Shown here one piece after another: positions 1 to 9,293 of a DNA stretch of 64,000 nt (positions are counted from its first letter, which is position 1; each line of letters starts with the position of its first letter). This DNA is from a virus. Location of the stretch: positions 57,734 to 121,733 of the IMG/VR virus record IMGVR_UViG_3300020048_000044. The stretch is one strand, 5' to 3'. The notes under the pieces are model-generated. The model worked only from the letters and a program-made list of their open reading frames with translations, did no database searches and was not told the DNA's origin. The translations under genes and the position numbers were made by a program.

Positions 1-62
1 ATTTCGAAAATATCGTATTCGAAGAACAACTTCAAAAACGTATCGAAAAATACTCATAAGAT

Positions 63-278
63 ATGAAAAATTTTAAAAGAATACTTTATATTCTAGTAGT
101 AACAATCCTACTAGTTAGTTGTGAAAACGTAAGTCAGTATTCACCTAATTGTAAAGGAAAAGTTGTTGATAAAATAACCGAATCACCCACGACAACTAAA
201 ATATATTTTACTGATGGTTCTTCTTATACTACTTCATCTAATGATTTAGTTTTTGTTACTTATAAAAATAAACAATAA
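63..278 (+). CDS. small putative lipoprotein
   Basis: Basic N-terminus, hydrophobic stretch, lipobox LVS-C. Confidence 0.6.
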   Translation: MKNFKRILYILVVTILLVSCENVSQYSPNCKGKVVDKITESPTTTKIYFTDGSSYTTSSNDLVFVTYKNKQ

Positions 279-466
279 TGTATACAGAACTAACTTTCGA
301 AATGTATCTTATTAATGTAGGTGTCAGAAGTCTTGAATATGACTTTGAAGAAACTGTATTATTCGAAAATGTAGCATACTTCAAAAAATGCTACGATGCT
401 GAACTATCACCATATAAAGCATTGCTATTCCTACATGATTACTTAAACGGTGAATATATAATTTAA
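278..466 (+). CDS. hypothetical phage protein
   Basis: TAATG stop/start coupling in a dense + strand run. Confidence 0.7.
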   Translation: MYTELTFEMYLINVGVRSLEYDFEETVLFENVAYFKKCYDAELSPYKALLFLHDYLNGEYII

Positions 467-483
467 ACTTAAAACTTAAAAGA

Positions 484-765
484 ATGCCAACATTTGATAT
501 AGAATACGATGGAGTTGACGAACATGAAATAGAACCATGGGAATTCGTTGATAAATGCGATAAGGACGAAATTGAAGACCTTATTGACTACCTTAGAGAA
601 GAAGGTAAATTACTGCCTTGCTCTTGTGAAAAACTGGAACAATCAAACCCAATCGTGTTGAGAACGGAATGGCTATCAATAATCAATAAACTGATGTATA
701 ACCAACACCAACTATCAAACGAAGAAGAAACAATAATATTTAATATCGCAAATAAATTAGGTTAA
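484..765 (+). CDS. hypothetical acidic phage protein
   Basis: ORF in dense run, A-rich start context. Confidence 0.75.
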   Translation: MPTFDIEYDGVDEHEIEPWEFVDKCDKDEIEDLIDYLREEGKLLPCSCEKLEQSNPIVLRTEWLSIINKLMYNQHQLSNEEETIIFNIANKLG

Positions 766-836
766 TCGTAACCTAATATTTTTAACACCAATAAAATGAT
801 AACAGCTATTATAACATCCTTGGACTGGTACTATTA

Positions 837-1007
837 ATGTTTTTCGGAACATTTTATATCGGTAAATTTATATGTAAAATATTTAATGATAATGATACCC
901 CTATATTAATTACATTCGCTATGGGTGTGGTAGGTTGGTGTATTATAATATTACTAATATTACTTTGGTATGCAATCTTTAACGCTATATACCCATTAAT
1001 AAACTAA
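837..1007 (+). CDS. small membrane protein (not in ORF track)
   Basis: MFFGTFYIG...WYAIFNAIYPLIN, hydrophobic; frame is open from 813, so the start is uncertain. Confidence 0.5.
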   Translation: MFFGTFYIGKFICKIFNDNDTPILITFAMGVVGWCIIILLILLWYAIFNAIYPLIN

Positions 1008-1010
1008 CCT

Positions 1011-1259
1011 ATGAAAAAAGATATCCAAAATCTTCTTGATATATATAGAGAAATGCATGGTAACGTATGTCGTGACCTAGCCAATAAACCATTCATCGGT
1101 AATTGTGACGATAGATTTACTAAAAAACATCTATTGGAACACATGATGGAAAGCCTTATCGCTATACTCAAAACTCAAACAATAACAGAAGAAATAGAAA
1201 GTATCCAAAAGCTTATTGAAGAAAAAGAACTTGAACTTAAAAATCTTAAAGCAGAATAA
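1011..1259 (+). CDS. hypothetical protein, C-terminal coiled coil
   Basis: ORF in dense run. Confidence 0.75.
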   Translation: MKKDIQNLLDIYREMHGNVCRDLANKPFIGNCDDRFTKKHLLEHMMESLIAILKTQTITEEIESIQKLIEEKELELKNLKAE

Positions 1260-1260
1260 T

Positions 1261-1482
1261 GTGAAAAACTTCTTAATTAAATTCTTTTGGAGAATAATTC
1301 TATTTCCTATGCTTTCACTAATGATTATTTGGGTGCCATCGTATATTATTATTTCTGTCCTATTATGGTTTCTTATCGGGAAAAATTGCTTCAATAACTT
1401 TGAAGAAATAATAGAAAAATATGTGATATATTTTTGGGATAAGGTATTTAACGAAAAATTATCTATCGACTATAATGCTTAA
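1261..1482 (+). CDS. small membrane protein
   Basis: Long hydrophobic segment; GTG at 1261 directly follows the upstream stop (track start 1216 overlaps the previous gene). Confidence 0.65.
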   Translation: MKNFLIKFFWRIILFPMLSLMIIWVPSYIIISVLLWFLIGKNCFNNFEEIIEKYVIYFWDKVFNEKLSIDYNA

Positions 1483-1822
1483 ACAAAAAGCAATATTCTA
1501 CCCTAACTCAGATATCATCAAAGAATTTTACGAATATATCGATGATGTATTGGTTTATATGGAAGAAACCAATGAAGAACAAACAAAAGCATACGGACTT
1601 GATTACGAACTTAAAGAATACTGGTATAGTTTATTGAACGGGAAAAGAATTATATTATTGAATAAATTGAGTGGTGCTGTTTTCGCAGCTTATGTAACAG
1701 TTGAATTACCACCTTTAATTATAGATGGTTTCACACCAAGAAGAGCAATATCTTCAAGATACGCTTTAGCAACAGTAAACCCTAACTTCTACGGAGTAAT
1801 TGACCCAATTGGAATACAATAA
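1475..1822 (+). CDS. hypothetical phage protein
   Basis: Overlap-coupled ORF in dense run. Confidence 0.75.
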   Translation: MLKQKAIFYPNSDIIKEFYEYIDDVLVYMEETNEEQTKAYGLDYELKEYWYSLLNGKRIILLNKLSGAVFAAYVTVELPPLIIDGFTPRRAISSRYALATVNPNFYGVIDPIGIQ

Positions 1823-1846
1823 CATTAAAACTTAAGACAAAACAAT

Positions 1847-2131
1847 ATGAACATTTTCTACGATACACAAAAACACTTAGATGCTATACATCAAGAAACC
1901 AAAGCACTATTTAAACCTCATAACGAAAGAATTACATACCTCGTTACTCATTTCGATTTCGATATAATTACTTGCGTTACCTTCACAGCAATGGGCGAAA
2001 TGACCGTTAAATACCTAAATGTAGATAACGGAAATATCCATAAGTTTACTTGCGATAAAACATTCATCGAAACATTTAAAGATAAAGAAGAAATGAGATT
2101 CATTATTAATAAACTTAATATCCAACACTAA
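1847..2131 (+). CDS. hypothetical phage protein
   Basis: ORF in dense run. Confidence 0.75.
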   Translation: MNIFYDTQKHLDAIHQETKALFKPHNERITYLVTHFDFDIITCVTFTAMGEMTVKYLNVDNGNIHKFTCDKTFIETFKDKEEMRFIINKLNIQH

Positions 2132-2493
2132 TGCTAGAACTTAAATTTAGACTGGAACTGCCATCATATTACGGTGATATCGTTACTAAGTTGCTTAAAT
2201 CTTGTGACCCAAATATCGAATACGATGTTTATACAATTAACGATAACCTTGAAGTTGTTAAGATTAAAGGTGTCATAAGAAATAATGGATATTGGAACTA
2301 TCACCATAACTATGACGATTCATCAAATGAACTACAAATAATTAATAAAAATGGCTCCTATACCCCAAAATGGTTCACATTCTACGAAAAAGAAGCAATA
2401 GAAATACAACAACAACTGGTGGAGAAATGGAAACAAATTCTTAATAACGAAATTAAAAGACTTGATGAACTAAAAATTCCAAAACAAAAATAA
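2131..2493 (+). CDS. hypothetical phage protein
   Basis: TAATG coupling. Confidence 0.75.
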   Translation: MLELKFRLELPSYYGDIVTKLLKSCDPNIEYDVYTINDNLEVVKIKGVIRNNGYWNYHHNYDDSSNELQIINKNGSYTPKWFTFYEKEAIEIQQQLVEKWKQILNNEIKRLDELKIPKQK

Positions 2494-2494
2494 T

Positions 2495-2791
2495 ATGAAA
2501 CCTATCGAAATAATGCCAAAAATATTCCTTGAAGGATTCGATGATAAAGAAGATGCCGATGTTAAATGGTTTAATCACCTTGATTGGGATAACTATCGTG
2601 GTATGAAAAACTATGAACTACTATATAACGGTAAACTATCTGATATCCCTAGAGAACTGGCTAAAAAATGCTTCGACCACGGATATGACGATTTGGAACT
2701 AATATATACATCCATCGATGAATCCATTGAAATAGCTTGTAAACAACAATTCTGCCTAATCTATAAAGAAAACCCTCTTCAACAAAAATAA
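2495..2791 (+). CDS. hypothetical phage protein
   Basis: ORF in dense run. Confidence 0.75.
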   Translation: MKPIEIMPKIFLEGFDDKEDADVKWFNHLDWDNYRGMKNYELLYNGKLSDIPRELAKKCFDHGYDDLELIYTSIDESIEIACKQQFCLIYKENPLQQK

Positions 2792-2796
2792 CCAAT

Positions 2797-3108
2797 ATGT
2801 TAATAGATAATATAACAATAAAAGGAATTACTTACAACCTTATCCCACAATCCAAAAATATAACACACCCTTGTGAAAATTGTGACTTTAATAACGTGGA
2901 TGATACCAAAACAACTTGCCAAACACTTAAAACATTCTGTACTACTGTAAATGATTCTGACCCAAAAAACTATATATATGATAACTATATATTCTCTAAA
3001 CAAAAGAAACTCCCCTCAACTCAAAAAGAATGCTCAGATATTATAGACTGTATAGGTTATCAAATATACGGAATAAAAGCTTGTATTATATGTAAACATA
3101 AAACATAA
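2797..3108 (+). CDS. Cys-rich hypothetical protein
   Basis: CxxC pairs (CENC, CIIC). Confidence 0.7.
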   Translation: MLIDNITIKGITYNLIPQSKNITHPCENCDFNNVDDTKTTCQTLKTFCTTVNDSDPKNYIYDNYIFSKQKKLPSTQKECSDIIDCIGYQIYGIKACIICKHKT

Positions 3109-3207
3109 ACACATATATACACAATTGTGTACATGAAGAACGAAAATACCTATATGAAACAATATACAAATAATATCTAAAAAAAATTTTTTTATATTTA
3201 TTTCTAA

Positions 3208-3405
3208 ATGGAGGTATATATGAAAATCATTCACAAATTCAAAATCCGTAAAGATAATAAACTTACCCTATACGCCAAAACTTCTGACCAAGAATATACA
3301 AAATCATACCTAGTGAATAATAACTTTACTTTCGACTTCATCTCAAAAGAAGAATATATAACAGCACTAGCCACACTCCTCCTATACAATAAAGAACTAA
3401 ACTAA
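3208..3405 (+). CDS. hypothetical phage protein
   Basis: Last ORF of the C-rich run. Confidence 0.65.
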   Translation: MEVYMKIIHKFKIRKDNKLTLYAKTSDQEYTKSYLVNNNFTFDFISKEEYITALATLLLYNKELN

Positions 3406-3409
3406 CTCA

Positions 3410-3427
3410 TATACACAATTGTGTATA
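3410..3427. repeat. palindrome TATACACAATTGTGTATA (family member)
   Basis: Core TACACAATTGTGTA also at 3118-3131 and 22381-22394; variants at 3795-3808 and 18709-18722. Confidence 0.85.
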
Positions 3428-3727
3428 CAGTCATATACCCATAAGGCTATGTTCCATATAGTTATAAATACCCATCTAAATAAACCCCTATAATAGCACG
3501 TTAAGGCTGTTTGGGAAAATTTATGGCATAGTGGTATAAGGTGGTAAAAAGTGGGAAAACTTAACGTAATTATATGCCTATATTGGTAAGGAACATAATT
3601 ATCGTATGTAGAGCATAGAATGAATGACATAATGATATATAAAACCGTAGGTAAGATATATAAGAAAAACATTATGCTATTCAAAAACACTGACCACATA
3701 TTTTCAGCCAATAATTTACAACAATAT

Positions 3728-3743
3728 TTTTTCACGTGGAACG
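3728..3743. promoter_or_regulatory. parS-like site
   Basis: TTTTTCACGTGGAACG matches the parS palindrome TGTTTCACGTGGAACA at 14/16 positions; intergenic. Confidence 0.5.
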
Positions 3744-3935
3744 TTACGCATATAATACATAATCACAGTGAGTTACAGACATAAAATAGTTCTGTACACA
3801 AAAGTGTATATGGATATGCAGCAGCAGACCACCGAAGTATTAAAAAGGATTATATGTATTATCTTCTAATTTTTTTCATATATGAAAGATTAATGAATAA
3901 TTAAATTGCAGTATATATCAGATACACGAATATAA

Positions 3936-3978
3936 AGGATTATTGCATATATAAGATTCTTATATATGCAATAATCCT
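3936..3978. repeat. perfect 20-bp inverted repeat, 3-nt loop
   Basis: AGGATTATTGCATATATAAG-ATT-CTTATATATGCAATAATCCT. Confidence 0.95.
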
Positions 3979-4352
3979 ATTGGAATATAAACACAAAAAG
4001 CCTATACCCTTATGTTGAGTTTGGAGTAAACTCTGCTAAAGCTAGGCAATGGAATTTACACACCTATATATAGATGATACCTAATAATACTATTTGTATT
4101 ATCTGAATTGTAAAGGAATATAAAAAATATTACATTTCCAAATTTATTTTCATAAATTCAGTTATATAGAATTATTCTAAATAAAGTTCGATTAAGATAC
4201 AAATTAAAAAGATATGACTAGCGATAAAGTTCGACTAGTCCAAAAAGAATTTGCAAAGGTAAGAAAAAAATAATTAAAAAACAAGTGAAATAAATTTTTT
4301 TTATAACTTTTTTTATTATATCTTTGCATTAAATAATTTAATACTATATTAT

Positions 4353-4589
4353 ATGTTAAGTCCTTTTTATATTTCAGAACAAAAAATGTTATATCCATAT
4401 AGAAAATATATGAATAACGAAAATGATGTATATTTGCATATATGTTTTTTAGTTGATAATCGGATTAAAACTATTGAACAATTACGGGCAATGAGTTTTG
4501 TTATATTGAAACGTGAATATTTTACAAATGTCAGTAATGAAGACCTTTACAACGGTTTTTATAATTATTTTGTAAAAAACAAAAAATAA
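4353..4589 (+). CDS. hypothetical early protein
   Basis: Follows a TATCTTTG -7 box at 4319-4326. Confidence 0.55.
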   Translation: MLSPFYISEQKMLYPYRKYMNNENDVYLHICFLVDNRIKTIEQLRAMSFVILKREYFTNVSNEDLYNGFYNYFVKNKK

Positions 4590-4652
4590 ATTTGTTTTTG
4601 TCAAAAATTATATCTATCTTTGCATTCTAATATTAATCAACTAAATTTTATT

Positions 4653-5323
4653 ATGGAAAAAATTAATGTTTCAAAGTCTACACGTGTTAATTACTTAATA
4701 CCTAGCAAAGGTAGGGGTTTATTATATAATGGAATTTATATAAGTCCTTTACGATTAGTCAAAGGTAACAGTAAATTAGTTAATATCCTAATTTTTGATT
4801 TAACAGCCGTAAAAAGTTGTTTAAATTGTGAGGACTGCAAAAATACTTGTTATGCCGTTAAAGCTGAACGTATCTATACTGATACCCTTATTTTTAGAGA
4901 TACAAACCTTTGTATGGTAAAAAATGATTTACCTTTATTAAAGGAATTAATTTGTAAGCAATTGGATAAAACCAAAATTACAAGCCTACGTATACATTCA
5001 AGCGGAGATTTTTTAAGCCAAGAGTATATAAATTTTTGGAGTGAAATTATTTCTTTATATCCTAGTATAAAATTTTATGCTTATACAAAGGTTGAACAAA
5101 TTTTGGATTTTTCACAAATACAAACCAATACAAATTTTAACCTTATCAATTCATTAATCGAAAATAAGGTATTAAATTATGGTAGTTTAGAGTATTGTGA
5201 GGACTTGAAAAAACATATAATACATTTATTTGCCCAGCAACAAAAAAACGTAGTGAGATAAAATGTGGTAAAGAATGTAGTTATTGTATTACTAAAAAGA
5301 ATGTCTGTTTTATTCAACACTAA
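4653..5323 (+). CDS. GP88-family (Gene product 88) Cys-rich protein with an apparent -1 frameshift near 5215
   Basis: GNSKL, SCxxCxxCxxxCYA, RIHSSGDF..W...P..KFYAYTK; C-terminal CPA..KCG..C..C...VCFIQH lies in the -1 frame. True ATG is 4653; the 4620 TTG is part of the promoter. Confidence 0.75.
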
Positions 5324-5440
5324 ATAAGCCGTTTTAAACAACTTTATATCGTTGATAGGTTAGTTTATTCAAGTTAGGATAAACTAACCTTAAAACGCTT
5401 TAAAATCGTCCCTAGAGATATAAATTCGTTTCTTATTATA

Positions 5441-5513
5441 TATAAAAAAATATAAGGTAGGTTGGAGTATACCTCCCAATATTTTTTGAATATTGTCACG
5501 TCATATCTAATTG
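5441..5513 (-). ncRNA. putative small structured RNA, copy 1 of 3
   Basis: No ORF. Promoter at 5520-5551 (- strand); ATGAC, hairpin, GTATACTC-N5-TACCTTATA-T7. Confidence 0.6.
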
Positions 5514-5699
5514 ACTCTACAAAGATAGAAATAATAATTTAGATATCCTAATAAAAAGTGAATTATTTTACATAGAGTTATTAACAATTAAAATGTTAAT
5601 AAGTATGGTGAAAATAAATGCAAATAAATTTGGTGGTTTGGTTTTTTCTTTATATCTTTGCCTTATCAAATTTAATTAATCAACTTAAAACAACTTATT

Positions 5700-6584
5700 A
5701 TGAAAGCAAAAGCAAATGAAATTTTAGCTAATCACGAATTAGATTTTACAATTGAAAAAGAACAATTAATTGGTGCTGTTAGTGGTAGGGAAACACCATA
5801 TTTTGGATTGTTCAATAACAGTTCAAATGAATGTATAAACACTGTTAAAAAAGGTTATACTGTATCACAAAACATTGATGTAGTAGAATTGGTATTAATG
5901 GGTATTGAGCCATTTGGTGATAAATTAACAGTTCAAAAAGCTGGTAGTTTGAATGGTGGTAGAAAAGTATTTTTACAATTAGCAATTGAAGGAAATGGAA
6001 TTGTAGGTAATGACGTTATTAAACGTTATGTAACTATTATTGATTCAAATGACGGTTCAACTTCATTATCAATTGGAATTGGTGATTTAACAATGAGTTG
6101 TTCAAATCAATTTTTCAAGTTTTATAAACAAGGTGAAGCTAAATTTAGACATTCAGCGAGCCTAACTGAAAAAATCAAAGGTATTCCAAGCCTTATTGAA
6201 TTGGCATTAGGTGAAAGCCTTAAACAAATTGAGTTGTATAAACAATTCGTTTCAACTGATATTACCAAAGACCTTGCAAATCGTATGGTAAAACACGTTT
6301 TAGGTTATGATAGGGAATATACAAGTATGGACGAGTTATCGAAAAAATCTACAAAATCCATTAACATAATGGATAAATTGTATAATCATATTGAACGTGA
6401 AACAGCCGACAAAGGTTTAAATCTTTGGGGGTTGCATTCTGGAGTAACAAGTTACACAACCCACGAAATTTCAGTTCCAAAAAGACATAATGCCCATATT
6501 GAAAGTTCATTGATTGGTTCAGCTTATAAAATGAACAATGACAGTTTAGGGTTTGTTACAAAACGCTTAGCCTTAACAGTTTAA
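5700..6584 (+). CDS. DUF932/DUF945-like (TIGR03299-type) phage/plasmid protein
   Basis: LDFTIEKEQL, GYTVSQN, AGSLNGGRKVFLQL, SNDGSTS, CSNQF, RHS motifs; typical length. Confidence 0.8.
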   Translation: MKAKANEILANHELDFTIEKEQLIGAVSGRETPYFGLFNNSSNECINTVKKGYTVSQNIDVVELVLMGIEPFGDKLTVQKAGSLNGGRKVFLQLAIEGNGIVGNDVIKRYVTIIDSNDGSTSLSIGIGDLTMSCSNQFFKFYKQGEAKFRHSASLTEKIKGIPSLIELALGESLKQIELYKQFVSTDITKDLANRMVKHVLGYDREYTSMDELSKKSTKSINIMDKLYNHIERETADKGLNLWGLHSGVTSYTTHEISVPKRHNAHIESSLIGSAYKMNNDSLGFVTKRLALTV

Positions 6585-6598
6585 AAATAGATGAATAA

Positions 6599-6629
6599 TA
6601 AACCACAATTTATTTGGAATTGTGGTTTT
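6599..6629. terminator. hairpin/T-tract overlapping the -33 box (fused terminator-promoter element)
   Basis: AAAACCACAATT-tatttgg-AATTGTGGTTTT; similar copies at 8255, 9214, 9691, 12344, 13400, 21533; promoterless copy at 22339. Confidence 0.7.
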
Positions 6630-6674
6630 TTATATCTATCTTTGTCAAACAATAATCAACTAAAATAAAACATT

Positions 6675-7046
6675 ATGTCAGAATTTAGAATGGAGTTTGA
6701 AAAATCCAATGGTGGTATTCCATATAAACATTGCACCAAATGTGGTATAAAAGAAGAGGAAACCGTAATGACAAATACACCCGATGGTTGGTTTTGTTGT
6801 GATTGCTACCCACCAACGATGTTATGTAAGGAATCACCAACGGCACACGAAATGGTTAATAAAGTTATTGGTTTATTAAACAATATTAATATTGACGGTG
6901 AAACGATGCAATATATATTAGGACGTGTTGGAATGGAAGACCAAATGTTATCTCAATTGGTTAGGGGTTGTGAGGATAGACAAATAGTTGAGGAACTTTT
7001 GAATGAAAGCGATGAAGCTTGGAGAAATGATTTAAAAAAAAACTAA
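6675..7046 (+). CDS. early protein with Zn-finger-like CxxC pairs
   Basis: CTKC, CCDC; own promoter. Confidence 0.8.
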   Translation: MSEFRMEFEKSNGGIPYKHCTKCGIKEEETVMTNTPDGWFCCDCYPPTMLCKESPTAHEMVNKVIGLLNNINIDGETMQYILGRVGMEDQMLSQLVRGCEDRQIVEELLNESDEAWRNDLKKN

Positions 7047-7116
7047 AAGATATTAGGAATTATGAAAAAAATTCTTTATCTTTGTCGTATAAAATTAATC
7101 TATTAAAAAGAATGTT

Positions 7117-7473
7117 ATGGGAAATTTGAATAATAGTATATCTTTAATTACTGCAAGGGTAAAAAGAGGTGAAGTAAATGAAAAGGCTTTATATGATATT
7201 TTTGCTAGTGATAGCGATTTTAGTCAAAATGAAGATGAGTATCAATATGATACTTTAGATAAGGGTTTTGAAAATGAAGCCGATAGACAAGCAACTGAAA
7301 TTTGGGTTAAATATAAAAATGTTAAAAACGAAAGGGAACGTTTATTTTTAATGATGGACGAAGTTTTTAAAGTTAGTGGTTTTATTGGTAATTCAAGTTA
7401 TTACGGTAACTATTCGCTAGAGATAATTGAAACCGACACTGAATTTATTATTATCATTGGAGTAATTATGTAA
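7117..7473 (+). CDS. hypothetical early protein
   Basis: Own promoter, A-rich leader. Confidence 0.8.
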   Translation: MGNLNNSISLITARVKRGEVNEKALYDIFASDSDFSQNEDEYQYDTLDKGFENEADRQATEIWVKYKNVKNERERLFLMMDEVFKVSGFIGNSSYYGNYSLEIIETDTEFIIIIGVIM

Positions 7474-7541
7474 AAATAAATTTGGTAGTGTGAATTTAAT
7501 TACTTATCTTTGCACTACCAAATTATTAAAACCTTTATATT

Positions 7542-7760
7542 ATGGCAAAAAAACCAACCAATACAGAAATTGAAAATTTCGTAGATACATACGAATTTAC
7601 TGAAAATGAAATTGCAGACGTTGAAGAAATCGAATTTGACGATGAAACGGCAATCAATTTAGGTTATGTTTATTCGACAACTAGAAATTCTTGGTTTAAA
7701 AAGAATAATTCACTTTATACCGAGAGAGAAGAAGAAATTGTAAATTATTTAACCAACTAA
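7542..7760 (+). CDS. acidic hypothetical early protein
   Basis: Own promoter. Confidence 0.8.
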   Translation: MAKKPTNTEIENFVDTYEFTENEIADVEEIEFDDETAINLGYVYSTTRNSWFKKNNSLYTEREEEIVNYLTN

Positions 7761-7772
7761 AAATAAAACGGT

Positions 7773-7922
7773 ATGAAATATTGGCACGTAATTAAAACAA
7801 AAAACTCAATAAAGGTTACACCAAAATTAACAATGGAGTGTAAAGACGTTAAAGGTTCAATAGCTTGTTATCTCACAAGGAGTGGTGCAATTGCTGATTT
7901 GAATACAAGACAATTAAAATAA
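7773..7922 (+). CDS. 49-aa protein (not in ORF track)
   Basis: Flanked by identical 28-nt leader repeats at 7750-7777 and 7920-7947. Confidence 0.6.
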   Translation: MKYWHVIKTKNSIKVTPKLTMECKDVKGSIACYLTRSGAIADLNTRQLK

Positions 7923-7942
7923 CCAACTAAAAATAAAACGGT

Positions 7943-8245
7943 ATGAATGCTGAATTTAAAAACAGACAAATAGCAATTTTCAATGCTGAACAAGTATTAC
8001 ACGTTACAACTGAAAAATTGCTTTTAGATATTTTAAAAGTATTGACAGATGAACAACTAAACGAATTAGACGCTTACCCGTTTAGTGATTTTGAAGAGTT
8101 TCAATCCTACGAAAAGGAATCACAAAATTTTGTAATTTTTGATACTGATATGGATGAAGAAAAAAATGTTGATATTAGCGACCTTTCGCAAGAGCAACAA
8201 AAAGATTTGATTGATACGATTATGGTGCAAATTTTCAACATGTAA
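7943..8245 (+). CDS. acidic hypothetical early protein
   Basis: Conserved leader AACTAAAAATAAAACGGTATG. Confidence 0.8.
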   Translation: MNAEFKNRQIAIFNAEQVLHVTTEKLLLDILKVLTDEQLNELDAYPFSDFEEFQSYEKESQNFVIFDTDMDEEKNVDISDLSQEQQKDLIDTIMVQIFNM

Positions 8246-8329
8246 AATAATTAAAAAAAACCACAAATAAATTTGGATTTGTGGTTTTTTTGTTTTATCT
8301 TTGTGGTATCAAATTTAAAATAGAATAGT

Positions 8330-8785
8330 ATGTATATGTATTTAGCCAATGAATTTAGCAATTTGAATAAGGTAGTCCCTAATATTCATTATGGAGGTTG
8401 TTGTTTATTTGCCGAAGAGGTTTTCACCTTATTAAAAAAGCTTAAGAAAAAACCTAGAGTTATCATATTAACCACAACCCCAAAAACAGTTAAACACTAT
8501 GTCAAGTATTTTCCAAAGGTTAGTGAAACAATAACAGATATTGGACACGCTGTTATTTATGTAGATGGTGTTTTTATTGATAATAACGGCATTTATAATA
8601 AATTGACTGATGTTCTACATTATGAAAACGAAAAACGTTATAAACGTTTAAGAATAAGCAAAAAAGAATTATCGTTTATCAATGAGAATATGGAAAATTG
8701 GAATCCTAGATTTGAAAGAGAAAAATTAAGTGTTGTAAAAAATACTTTAAAAAACATTGAAAATTATTTGGTATCTTCAAAATAA
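8330..8785 (+). CDS. hypothetical early protein
   Basis: GGCC..FA and HAV motifs, possibly papain/transglutaminase-like (unverified); own promoter. Confidence 0.75.
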   Translation: MYMYLANEFSNLNKVVPNIHYGGCCLFAEEVFTLLKKLKKKPRVIILTTTPKTVKHYVKYFPKVSETITDIGHAVIYVDGVFIDNNGIYNKLTDVLHYENEKRYKRLRISKKELSFINENMENWNPRFEREKLSVVKNTLKNIENYLVSSK

Positions 8786-8823
8786 TTTCTTATCTTTGTC
8801 AAACAAATTTAAACCAATTAAAA

Positions 8824-9204
8824 ATGCAAGCAAGCGATTTAATACCAAAAAATAAATTACCACTTGACCAAGTTGAGGGTAAGTTAAAAGAATTAGGTTT
8901 ATTAGTTAATGATAAACCAATATCTTATACCAAATTTAAAAAAGAATATGCCGATGTTCATTGTTATACGGGCAGACTTTGGGGTAAACGTGTTAAACAA
9001 TATGTTATTTACGTTGGAACACGTGAAAATAAGTTTGGATTTTATCCACCACTAGCACCAAAAGAAGAAAGTTTAAAAATGGCTTATCAATATTATTTAG
9101 ATACGGCAACAAGCGATTTTAAAATGGACTTTACTTCTGGATTGGTTATGTGGGGTAATTGTGGTATTCCATTGACAAGCAGACCTTTAAGATGTGATTT
9201 ATAA
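8824..9204 (+). CDS. hypothetical early protein
   Basis: Own promoter. Confidence 0.8.
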   Translation: MQASDLIPKNKLPLDQVEGKLKELGLLVNDKPISYTKFKKEYADVHCYTGRLWGKRVKQYVIYVGTRENKFGFYPPLAPKEESLKMAYQYYLDTATSDFKMDFTSGLVMWGNCGIPLTSRPLRCDL

Positions 9205-9293
9205 AATAAATAAAAAAAACTACAATTTTATTAGGAATTGTAGTTTTTTTGTTTTATCTTTGTCAAACAATAATCAACTAAAAATAAAACGGT

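Noticed and set aside
796-1007. Possible -1 frameshift in a small membrane gene
   Set aside because: The 13-codon ORF ends in TAATG overlapping ATG 837, so ordinary coupling or a single-base error explains it; no slippery site.
9014-9029. Second parS-like sequence TGGAACACGTGAAAAT
   Set aside because: Four mismatches and inside a coding region.
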